DNA of 64,000 nucleotides from Albugo candida (Eukaryota): NCBI GenBank assembly GCA_040437565.1, contig JBDOQK010000039.1, positions 62,001 to 126,000 of the forward strand, read 5' to 3'. Shown piece by piece: positions 12,237 to 23,626 of this stretch (position 1 is its first letter; each line of letters starts with the position of its first letter). The notes under the pieces were generated by a model. It saw only the letters and a program-made list of their open reading frames with translations, ran no database searches and was not told where the DNA came from. The position numbers and the translations under genes were made by a program.

Positions 12237-13251
12237 GGGCAACATTTTTACCGACAATGGCATGAGAGGTCATGATTTCTTGTTTGTCCTAGTCTCACAT
12301 CTGAAATTTTCATGCGGGGGACAATGATCGCTATAGTATGAACGCAAGGATTGATTGTTATCCCAATGACGCGCTCATGACGACCGTCTCGCACCAGAGC
12401 AAACCATTCACGGTATTTGTGAAACTGAGTCGTGGGTAGTCTACTCCATGACGGATAAACTGGACTGTAGTCACTCGTAGCGACCGAGCAGACAAAATCA
12501 TTGCACGTATACCATACTTGTTTCTCATGTACGAGTCGTTATTTGGTGAGCACAGACTGACACACCAAGGTCTTCATCGCTCGAGCACTTTGTAGGCTTG
12601 ATGGACATCGCAGCATTTCAAAACACCCTACCTGAAATGAACAGAGTAGTGGCTCAACAGTCGTACAAGTCTGTGGTCAAATTAGGAAACATTANNNNNN
12701 NNNNNNNNNNNNNNNNNNNNNNNNNNNNNNNNNNNNNNNNNNNNNNNNNNNNNNNNNNNNNNNNNNNNNNNNNNNNNNNNNNNNNNNNNNNNNNGGGCAA
12801 CATTTTTACCGACAATGGCATGAGAGGTCATGATTTCTTGTTTGTCCTAGTCCCACGTCTGAAATTTTCATGTGGGGGACAATGATCGCTATAGTATGAA
12901 CGCAAGCATTGATTGTTATCCCTACGACGCGATCATGACGACCGTGTCGCACCAGAGCAAACCATTCACGGTATTCGCGAACCTGAGTCGTGGGTAGTTT
13001 ACTCCATGACGGATAAACTGGACTCTAATCACTCGTAGCGACCGAGCACACAAAACCATTGCACGTATACCATACTTGTATTTCATGAACGAGTCATTAT
13101 TTGTTGAGCACAGACTGATAAACCAAGGTCTTCATCGCGCGAGCACTTTGTAGGCTTGATGGACATCGCAGCATTTCAAAACACCTTATCTGAAATGAAT
13201 AGAGTAGTGGCTCAACAGTCTTACAAGTCTGTGGTCAGATTAGGAAACATT
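12237..13251. repeat. Diverged ~455-bp direct repeat pair (12237-12692 vs 12795-13251) flanking a gap
   Basis: Colinear copies with scattered substitutions, inside the repeat island. Confidence 0.85.
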
Positions 13252-13935
13252 AGATTTCGAAGCATTGCTATTTGCCACAAATTTTTTCTACCGTTTTCTT
13301 CTCGTAACCAAAAGTGATACAAACAAGACGTGCTGATATCTACGTGACGCGGATCTCTTTTACTGAGTCGTTATCCACCACATGACCTTCTTGCCGGCAT
13401 TCCTTTCCACCATTAAGAAGCTCGTGTAGTGATTGCCTTGCTAGTGGGTACTTTCACTCTTGAATGATCCCAAGTCGTCAAGTCGAAGCGCTTGTACAAC
13501 GGAATCCATTCAGATAACTCGCTGGCATCCTGGAAGTCAGTCTAATCACATATGTGCTCAGTCTCCACTAGCAGCAGTGTGCTCACTGGCTACTTTCACA
13601 GCTTTTAAGACATAGTATGCGTGCGTGCGCACATCAAACACATATCGCAAAGAAATGTGCTACTTCCCACGTACATTAGTGATCGATATCCGCTCGGAAA
13701 TGTCGCAATGTCTTACTTCGTTTTCAGAATCGAATGGAATTCGAATCGGACGTGCCTACTACTATGCGAGAGTATTTACTTTGAGTACATGGAGCCGAAA
13801 TGAACACGAGATATGCATATCAGATCAGTGCGATTAATTTCGAGCTATGCTTGAAGTCTGGTTGCTTAAATTTTTCGTTGGATACAACCATGACAGAAAC
13901 TAAGCGGCTACTGTTACTACCTAATCAAAGGGTGC

Positions 13936-15150
13936 TCAAGCATCCCCCATTCCCAGCAAATTTTCTTGAATCAACTCATTCATGCTCCAGCCATAATTGA
14001 TTGTCAGTGGATCTGATGCTCTCCAGGACCAGAATGTAGTGCCACAAGCGGCTCGCTTGAAAGCATTTTTCTGAACATTACCGAAATTGGTAAGAGTTTC
14101 TCGACGGGCTTCAAAGTTTGCCGAGTCACTTGAATCCATGCTCCATTCACCTATGAATAGACAGTTTCCAGTCCAAGCAGCGATGTCACTTCCCTTCTTA
14201 TTTACGGATTCCAAGACTTGGTCCATGTTTTGGTTCTCATAACCCCATTTGAAGTACGGATGCCATTCATGCCAGACATTGTACGTGGTTCTCATAAAAT
14301 TTTGCCAGCCATGATTATTATCTTGTTCTGTGAGCATCGGACAAAGTATGAGAATGCAACTGTCTCCCGTACTTCGGATCGCTTGATAGGCTGCATTATA
14401 GAAGTTTTTCACGTCTTCAACTTTGGTTGGATATTCAGGCTCATTCATCAGTGTCATGCCCAAAAAGCTGTCACTACTTCGATATCGTGCTGCGATGAAC
14501 TTTGCCCATTCCAAAGAGGCCTTCTGAGCTTCTGGATCGTTACTCCATTGAGGATTCTGGAATTCTTTTGCAGCACTATGGTCCCTTCCATTCTGGCTAT
14601 TAACATGTCCATGAAGACTGACAATGACAGCAACATTGTACTTCACTGCCCAGTCAAATATCAATCTATCAAGGTATAAAAGTCCTCCAGGCGTGTGAAC
14701 TGAAATATCTTCTTGGATATGCGGAGCCACAGGGACGAGATTTTCAGTGATCCAGTACCCAGTCGACACACGCACCAAGTTCATTCCAGATGCGGCAATT
14801 TTGGCAATATCCTGCTCGGTGATCCAAGTTTCTCGATGTTTCACAACAAGAGGGTCAGCCACCTGATGGCCAAGAGCTTTCATTATTCTGTATTCTCCCT
14901 GCTTCTGGGTAGCTTCATCAAAATTCTTCCAGAAGTCTGAGCCTTGGGTCATCCATGACTCCAGGACAAGCCAGCCTCCCAGATTCACACCCTTTGAGCG
15001 AACCTTTCCCTCCCGTATATCCCATTGGACGTGTCGTTTTTGCTGAGGATTATTCCATGGACCTGGATTGTACGCTGGAGGATTAGACGGATATTGATAA
15101 TTCGCAAACGATTGTGTACAGAGTATCGGAATCAGTATACATGTTTTCAT
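13936..15150 (-). CDS. Secreted GH5 exo-1,3-beta-glucanase (glucan 1,3-beta-glucosidase)
   Basis: Signal peptide MKTCILIPILCTQSFA, GVNLGGWLVLESWM, SQNGRDHS, acid/base LMNEP, nucleophile FIGEWS and FWSWR. Intronless, 404 aa. Confidence 0.93.
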   Translation of the reverse strand: MKTCILIPILCTQSFANYQYPSNPPAYNPGPWNNPQQKRHVQWDIREGKVRSKGVNLGGWLVLESWMTQGSDFWKNFDEATQKQGEYRIMKALGHQVADPLVVKHRETWITEQDIAKIAASGMNLVRVSTGYWITENLVPVAPHIQEDISVHTPGGLLYLDRLIFDWAVKYNVAVIVSLHGHVNSQNGRDHSAAKEFQNPQWSNDPEAQKASLEWAKFIAARYRSSDSFLGMTLMNEPEYPTKVEDVKNFYNAAYQAIRSTGDSCILILCPMLTEQDNNHGWQNFMRTTYNVWHEWHPYFKWGYENQNMDQVLESVNKKGSDIAAWTGNCLFIGEWSMDSSDSANFEARRETLTNFGNVQKNAFKRAACGTTFWSWRASDPLTINYGWSMNELIQENLLGMGDA

Positions 15151-15495
15151 GTTGACTCTACTTTGATTGATTGGGAATGGTGATCAATCTAAGTTCACGA
15201 CTAATTTCCTCCATTCCCAAACGCTTCCATTAACGTACAGTCGTAACAAGCCAACTGGAGTAGGGTAGCGAAAAGATTCGGTTGTAATGACTAGAGTTAA
15301 GTCATGACTGGAACTTATAAGACACATTTTATCGAACTTTTTTCGCCACGTCGTTGCCTCACTTTGTAACGATTCAACAGTCATGAAATCCAATTAGCGT
15401 ACAAATGTGTTGACGTATTGTAATTTAGTCAGTCCGCACATGCAATCAGTACGAAATGGCGACGATTTTACCGAATATGGTGAAGGCGTCGCTTG

Positions 15496-18400
15496 TTAAA
15501 ACCACATGGACACGTTTTCTTTCCGTCCGATATGCGTCCTATTTCTTCGATTCTGACGCTTGGAATTGTACGCCACTTCCATTGTTATCACCGCTCGATG
15601 CAGATACTCATCCAATTGTAATGTTTTGTCGCTGGATCGGAACAAAGCAGGAAAACCATGTTTCAATGCGATAAAATTGCCAAGTAATCTCGCGATTCGC
15701 CCATTTCCGTCGATAAATGGGTGGATGTAGAATACCAAAGCAGCATATAAGTAATACGCCCGTAGCAACGGGTACGCTTTACATTTACTTTTCGCTTGGC
15801 TTGGTTCCCTTTCCAGAGTCTTAAAGACATGCGCTAGTCCTTCTCTTAATTCCGTTGCTGGCATGAAAACACGATAAATTCGGGAGGTCGCATAACCCAC
15901 AGCTGCATGATCCCGAATCATTCCTCCACATGTTCCACTTACAACAACGCGATGTAATGCACACATTTGGTCGAGCGTGATATCGTGCTCGTCATCGGCT
16001 TGTAACATCTGATTCAACATGCCCACGATCTCATCGCGACTTGACGTGAGCCCTACAATCCCTCGACTTTGCGTATCGTGAGAAGCACCTATCGTTTCGT
16101 ACACTTGGCTCGAGGTGAAGACTTTGGGTATGCTGTAATTAGCCAACGCAACATCAAGCACGACCTCCTGCTGCTCGAATGCGTCGTATTTCAATTGGAG
16201 ATGCTCGAACAAGGAGGAAATCGTACGGAAGACGGGAGATCGTATCAGATGCAGAAAAACTAGAGATTTATATAAGAAATTGATGAGTCGTCAAAAAAGG
16301 TTGCTCACCTTGCTCGTGAGACGCAAAGTGACCTGAAACAGTTCTTGGTCTTTCCGCTAATGCGATCCTTTTAGTTGGTACTCCATCTTGCTCGCGGTGG
16401 ATATGGCCTATAGACGCTTTTAGTGTGTTTCTTTCTTAACCACAAGCAAAGGTTACCGGGCACGTTGTATTGGCACAGAACACATTCTTGTTTCGGGGAG
16501 ATGTCTGTGATCATTTCTTCTTGCTGTATCTTCACTGAGTGGAGAAGAATCTCTCTCCATTGAGGATTCAAAGAGCGCATACACTTGTAAATTCTCGATA
16601 ATAATCCATTAATATCCAGCAGGATGGTACCTGCTGTTGGACTCACAGCTTGAAGATACTCGAGAGAATAAATAAGCCGAAAGAATAGATCCCAAGTTGA
16701 CCGAGCAGTATCTCGAAGAAGACTCTTTTGAATTGCATCCTGGCTAAATTTCTCCGTTTCGAATAGTCCAAAGGTTCCCTTTTCAACCAGGCTCACCATA
16801 CCTCGTAACAGAGGCAGTACAGCCTACATAGTGTATGAGTGTTGCAATATGATTGAAGTTGGGTGGTGATTGTACGGTGTGATCTTCACTGCTCATAGAT
16901 ATCGCAAGAAGATGAACGTGTTCAAATAGTTCCCATTCCAGAGCTAATAGCAATATATGCCTGTGCATTTCTATAAGTACAGCATTAGGTCGACGTTTGA
17001 CGACTAGACGAGTGACGTACGAGTATCAGCTTTGCAGTCCAAATGTTCATTGTTCGTAGTGATTGCTTCGAGTAGCGTTTGACAATATTGGAATCGAGAA
17101 ATCGTGTGCGGTGGTGAATCCAATCTGCAAGGTTGTACATGACTTCGAGCGTTGTGTACTTCCTGGATCGAATTGGTCAAATCTTGTTTCAGAATTAGCA
17201 ACGCTGTGACGGAGCGAAGCAATTGCTGGACTCGATACATCTCTGTCCCAGCAATTTCTTGATCGCATTCTCTCGAGTACCATGAAAATACAGCGACAGT
17301 TGACATTTTGTAGATCATTGGAGCTGATAGCACCATCTTGATTCCAGCTCTACGAGCGTGTGGAAGAAGGAAGAAGTCAGACTGTGCTGTTCCTTCAACT
17401 TGAAGATGTTCGGGTTGTCGAAAGCTAAATACACGACCTACATGACCTTGACCCGGATCAATCATCAGATTTGCTGCGGCCTTGCGAAACATTTGGATAT
17501 GATTGGGACAACCACGATTTTGTTGAGTTCTTCCCAATGTTGCTAACTGTCTTTCCATCGGATCAGTCAGATCTTTGACCTGAGGCCTATTCCCCAAACC
17601 GAAATCATTCTTGCGATTGCGATACCACACATTTTGTGCCACAAGAACGCAGCTGTTCATTTCCAAACGCACGGGACAAAAGACCAGACCCATCATCCAT
17701 TTATCCTATAAATAAGATTCTTGCTATGACGATTTCATGTTGAAGCATTCCTCCTACCTGCGCTGCGACACGAAGGACAAACTCGAAGGCAGAGTGCAAT
17801 ATGTGCATATCTATATCTTCCACAGCAAGTGGACTTAATTCTCCAAATTCTGTTGCCTGTTGCTGAGTAAGATATCGCGCCACATCGTTGTGAGCAAAAT
17901 GTATAGCTTCTGAGAGTGGTGAACTTCCCCATCGGTCCAACACATTAACGTTTGATCCACAATCCACCAAGTATTTGACAATCTCCATATGACCTTCAGC
18001 ACTGGCAACATGCAATAAGCTTCTCAGATCATAGTCTTGAATATTCGGGCTGACATGATTTGGAACGAGAAGTCGAATCTTTCCTAATTCTCCCAATCTT
18101 GTTGCCTGATATGCACTAAGGAGCTGAGGATGAAGCTCAAGTCCCTCTTTTCTGGATGAATTTAAGCGGTATGTGGACCTGTCATGAAAGTTTTGGAGTA
18201 ACTCAGCAATTGATCCGAGTTTCTTTTCATAAGCAATGCTTAAAGGCGAGCGGTTCCTGTAGTCAATTGCATCGATTTCCGCACCTGCTGACAGCAGTAA
18301 TTCCACCACTCCAATTTGTCCGTGTTCCGCTGCTATGTGAAGGGAGGTGCGCCCGGACGAATCTCGTACATTCAAGTCTGCCCGACCCAGCCATCTCTCT

Positions 18401-18943
18401 TTGATTCTGTCTGTGTCACCCCCTCGAACAGCCTCAAATAGCATCCCCACGTCCTCAGATGGCACCTCAGATGAGGTCTTCTCACGATGAATTCGAGAGG
18501 CACGGGCAGGAAGACGCGTTTCTCTGAAGTGATTGAGCGCCTTTTGCGTAACAGATCCTTCTGTCGCATAATCGATAGCTAACTTTCCCCACCTATCATT
18601 GGCATCCACCGAGGCTCCAAACTGAAGTAAAAGATCCACAGCATCCTTTTGTTGTTCCTTTATAGCCCAATGCAAAGGCGTCCTAAACATCCGAAGCTCA
18701 ATACGGAAAATGATCGCATTAGCTTGAAATGAATGAGCACAACCTCAAGTCCTGATCTGTTGTGTTAATATCTACACCAGAGTCGCAAAGACGCTTTAAT
18801 AATTCGAGGTTTCCCATAGAAGCAGCCCATATGAGCGCGCTGTGATCTTTCGTCAGATGAAAGCCCTCTGTATGCTCTGCTGCACACGTAGCGACTGCAG
18901 TGTCATCTTTATGATTGTCCATAAACAAGTGTTTTAAACTCAT
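15496..18943 (-). CDS. Ankyrin-repeat / GAF-like / Fic-domain fusion protein (7 exons, ~1045 aa)
   Basis: GT-AG introns 18683-18743, 17706-17757, 16971-17020, 16779-16827, 16408-16456 and 16260-16308 join five track ORFs plus one small exon into one frame (3138 nt). Ankyrin motifs: TPLHWA, GRTSLHIAA, SLLHVASAEG. GAF-like: PGQGHVGRVF..HARRAGI..APMI..VAVFSWYS. Fic motif: HPFIDGNGRIAR. Confidence 0.85.
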
Positions 18944-20918
18944 TCACAGATTATAATCTGCTGGCTAAGAAGAGATTCTGCTTCTGGTGCCACACAGTGG
19001 CAACACGAAAAACTGAGTCAGCACGTAAGCTTTCTTTGGATAAACAAGCGCGACGAGTACCCTCTTTTGAGCCAGCAGTTCAACACACACAGCGATTGGA
19101 AAGTCTCAGCGCCTGTGTAAGTGGATGACAGTGTTTGGTAGTCGTAGTTAGCACGAAAATAGGATCATGAATATATTAATCACAACAGAGATTATCTTTG
19201 CAAATTGACATGTTCCGTCTACTTCTAAAAACAACTGTGGAATGGAAATCGTATCAACCATTTGTTTAGGCTAAGAATTCGATATTTGAGTCGGATGGCT
19301 ACCATAAATATCATCGTGTGGTGAGTTTTGGATTTTCTACTTGGAGCCTTGGTATTCGAGTAGTGCAGCAAGTACTATATCCTTGAGCTGTGCTTTACGT
19401 ATGTCCAATTGATTATGTTCAGAAAGTGTATCAACCAGTCAACATAATTACTTTGGATAAAGAGAAGCGATTGCCTCAACCTCTCAATTGCTGATGGGAG
19501 TGCTTTCTTTTTATGAGAATCGCATTGACTGCATGCCGACTGAAAAAAACAACGAGTCACGTTGCATGGCATGGGTTCAAGGAGGTCGCTAAAAGCCAAT
19601 ATAGTTCGGAGGTGGAATTGCACTATCCTAAAAATATTATCGTTGAACAAAAATATGCGCGACATATCCGTTTGTTTATAAATGCCGATCAATAGTGTTA
19701 CTCACGCTACTATCTTCGTTCCCCTTTCGATGTATTTGCGTGAAAGCACTGGCGGGCCTGTCTGTTTGTCGACGGAGGCTGTGCTACTTATTTTTTGCTT
19801 ACTGGTAAAATGACGAGATGACGAAGGAATAAGCCAGCTATCACGCAGCGCCTGACTGAGTTCGATGACGATAGGGCAGCGATACAGAAGTTGCGAAAAA
19901 CTACGTTTTCAATATACCACAGCAGACCAAGTATTTGGACAAGCTTACGGACAACACCCCATAAAAGTCAGAGCAATATGGGTGACTGCTTCCTCCCCGT
20001 AATCACGCTTCTAAATCATTGTTACACAATTCGCTGCTCAAAATCAGACTTATTTGGGACTCATATACTTAGTGCAGCCATGCTTTGTCGAGATTGATAG
20101 CAATTGGAATTACTCGTGTCGTCAGACTTCGCCGCAGAGGTATACAATCTTCATTGAACAAGCCGTCCATTCTCCTCTTTTGTATTCACTTTGATTCAAA
20201 GGGACCCAGCGGTCGCTGCTTGAGTAATGTCAAAGTCCGTGCAACGAATTTGTACTGATATCTAGAATATCAGCAAGCAGAGCACATCACATACATGAGG
20301 ATTGGCGCATACAACGTCCAGCAATTCTGCCCAATTTATACGCCTGGTCCTTTACAGTTGTTAGAGCCAGAATTTCAGATCACGTCATCATTTGGAAAGC
20401 CTACACGCCGTGCGATGATGTGACAAATTTATTCATCCGAGCCCTAAGTGTTGGATGCTTTATGCACTTCCGTACAAGTAGACCTCACCATTGCGACATG
20501 AGACAATTAAGCGGGTGGTTGGCACCAAGTTGAGCATATCCAATCATCTACCAAATCACTAGAGAGCATCGAGATCCTACTATTGAACTACCGTATCGTG
20601 CCCAAAATCCAGTCATAAAGAGGGGACGGGTATCATGAATGATTACGTCAAATTTCTCCAATAAATGTAAAAGCAAGGGTAGGGCTCCGGCTGCATCACG
20701 AAATACAGTAATCATTGGTGAGTGGTGAGAACTTGATCCGTGCCAGCCATACAAATTGCAAGTACAAAAGTGTCATAGCCAACGAGCAATAAAAAAATAC
20801 GACGCAGCACACAACACAACACAGAATAAAAAAAGGGAAACAACACGACAATCACAAATAACGGCATTTCAAATATTGATACAAGAGTGATTGACACGCA
20901 TTCAAGTACACTTGACGC

Positions 20919-22420
20919 ATGTCTCCTAGAAAATCTTATTCGAACGGATCGACACAATCGTGTCGCTTCAACGATTGCAATAACATGGCTATCATTGGTA
21001 CCGACAAATGCTCTTTTCACAAAAATCGACGCCAATGCATAATCGATGAATGTACAAATCAAGTGTACGCTCGTAAGCTCTGTGTCCGTCACGGTGGAAA
21101 GAAACAATGCCAGGCCGATGGATGCAAAGCGCACGCCCGAGGAGGTGGATATTGCCTACAGCACGGTGGTTTCTCCGTTAAGCGATTTTGTACAGTTGAT
21201 GGATGCAAGAAACAAGCGCATGCTCGTCAGAAATGTGTCCGTCATGGAGGAGGTAGACGGTGTCGGATCAACGGGTGCATGCAGCATGCTCGTGCCGGAG
21301 GTATATGTAATCGTCATTCACACGACCATAAATGTCGAATTGATGGCTGCATGAAAGTCGCTCAACATCTTGGCTCCATATGTTTTCATCATGCTATGGA
21401 GCTCCGAGCGGAAGGCAAAATCGCATTCCAAGACAACCTTGGTGAAACAACGCATTTCATGCATAAGAAAAAGAAAGTTGACATTACTCAAAAGATGCTA
21501 GAGTTGCCAGATCCATCTCCAGAACACCCAGCACAATCCATATGGGCACGTAATGACTGCTTTCATCAGCAGTATTATCCAAATACGTCAGTGAATGTAC
21601 CAGACACCACGTGTAGGAAAGAAAGCTCACGACCCGAAAGAGGTATGTGGTCTGAACCACTGCTTCCTTCAATGGGCAAGATTGCAACGAGTAGCAATCT
21701 CATTTCGCCTTTGCTATCTTCGTCGNNNNNNNNNNNNNNNNNNNNNNNNNNNNNNNNNNNNNNNNNNNNNNNNNNNNNNNNNNNNNNNNNNNNNNNNNNN
21801 NNNNNNNNNNNNNNNNNNNNNNNNNATTCACTGACGTATTTGGATAATACTGCTGATGAAAGCAGTATTATCCAAATACGTCAGTGAATGTACCAGACAC
21901 CACGTGTAGGAAAGAAAGCTCACGACCCGAAAGAGGTATGTGGTCTGAACCGCTGCTTCCTTCAATGGGCAAGATTGCAACGAGTAGCAATCTCATTTCG
22001 CCTTTGCTATCTTCGTCGTTAATATCCAAGCTACGCTCTTCTCAGCCCAAGAATTCGACGGAAGGATACCCTACCGAGTCACATCACTGTGCAAACTATG
22101 AACCGTCTCCAGCATACTCTGTCGGGGACAGTACGGGATCTCACTATCATAAAAAATCTGGCGAGGATGATTTGGAGTACATTCTGAATTCTTATTCAAA
22201 ATTGATTTCCCCAGCTGCAATGTCGTATCCAGAACACACGTCCAGAAACCTCTTTCCCGGAATCCCTCATTCGAGCCCGAGTTTGCATACTACCAATGAA
22301 AAGGATATAGTTGAAACTCCAACAACTTCTGCACCACCGCTCGTCCGCCTCAACTCATTATTACCACCGGCACCTGGTATCATCACTGGCCAAATTCCTC
22401 GAAGTCATCATTATGGATAG
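20919..22420 (+). CDS. WRKY19-like Cys/His zinc-repeat protein (~402 aa after removing the gap duplication)
   Basis: Six Cx4Cx9-10Cx2H(GG) repeats (e.g. CQADGCKAHARGGGYCLQHGG) followed by a Ser/Pro-rich tail. Removing the 293-nt gap-associated offset restores one frame. No WRKYGQK domain is present. Confidence 0.85.
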
Positions 22421-22707
22421 CGAGCTTCTCATTGTCAATTTCTCCAAGCACATCACAACGGCTTTCTTGCGGACTAGTAGTGAGCGAGCGAAAAGATCAC
22501 GTGGCAAAGGATCATCGCTTCAATAGCTCAACTTCTAAAGCACGCACTGCCACCGCCCAGAAGTTCTCCCAACTCTGAGCACTTGCATTCTAGAGACACG
22601 TTAAGTAATTATATATAAACCCATTGCGATTTCTTACACTCAACTGTTTTGTCTCACGTCGCTTAGGTGTTTTGTGTTTGTTGCTCGTACCCCGAGAAGA
22701 TTTCGCG

Positions 22708-23436
22708 ATGCCACCGACATCTCTCAAAGTACTTGTAATCGGCCCGAAAAGTTCGGGAAAAACGACTGTAAGAGCTACATGGAAGCGAACGTATGACTGA
22801 TTCTACGTACAGATTGCAAACTTCTTAGCCGGGCATCAAGATCGATTGGGAGGACAGGAACAATACCAGCCGACAGTGGCCGTTCGGTGGGTCTTGCGAT
22901 GCACGCAGGAGTAAGTAGATTGTGAAATTGTGCGTTTAGGATTCTGGAAACAGAATGCAACAAAGCAAGCGTTGAGTTGTGGGATGTATCAGGGGATCAA
23001 ATGTGAGTTTTCCTCCTATTTCATGTCGAAACCTTGATACGAGTCTACAGTTATGAGGCGTGTTGGCCTGCAATCGTCAAGGATGCGCAGGGCGTGCTAC
23101 TGGTCTACAATCCCGAGTCCCATTCTCACGAAAGCGAGGCGATGTTATGGTGAAGATATAGCACTGGCCTTCTTCATGTTTAAGCTCATGTACTTTGCCA
23201 AGCATAGGTACGAATGGTTTGTAACGAATCCTGGCCTGAATCCGTCGGCGCAGTGCCTCATCTTTGCTCATACAGCGACGACTACAAAATCTTCAAGTAC
23301 TGTTTCTAAGCTTAGAGTAAAAGCAAATCGCATCGCGAGCGCATTCGATACTCCGAGTGTTATCAAATCAGAGTATGAGAAATTTGCAGATTCTCTCAGT
23401 GAGTACATTGAGACGCAACATCGACAGCGTAAATGA
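22708..23436 (+). CDS. IFT22: Intraflagellar transport protein 22 / RABL5 small GTPase (5 exons, ~174 aa)
   Basis: Introns 22768-22812, 22887-22939, 23003-23050 and 23150-23207 give LKVLVIGPKSSGKTTIANFL..YQPTVAVRILE..VELWDVSGDQIYEACWPAIVKDAQGVLLVYNP..WYEWFV..QCLIFAH. Confidence 0.92.
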
Positions 23437-23626
23437 GCTCACATTATAGATTCCCCACATATCGCGTATTTTAAAAGGGTAGCATACTCAATAAAATCTA
23501 TGCTTCTTTGTGACATGTTGCTCGGCNNNNNNNNNNNNNNNNNNNNNNNNNNNNNNNNNNNNNNNNNNNNNNNNNNNNNNNNNNNNNNNNNNNNNNNNNN
23601 NNNNNNNNNNNNNNNNNNNNNNNNNN

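Noticed and set aside
19000-20900. ORFs in the 2-kb spacer between the Fic gene and the Zn-repeat gene
   Set aside because: They are short, non-conserved-looking and have no consistent splice model. I treated the region as divergent promoter/UTR sequence.
20919-21400. Calling this a true WRKY transcription factor
   Set aside because: Only the Cys/His repeats are present; there is no WRKYGQK DNA-binding domain.
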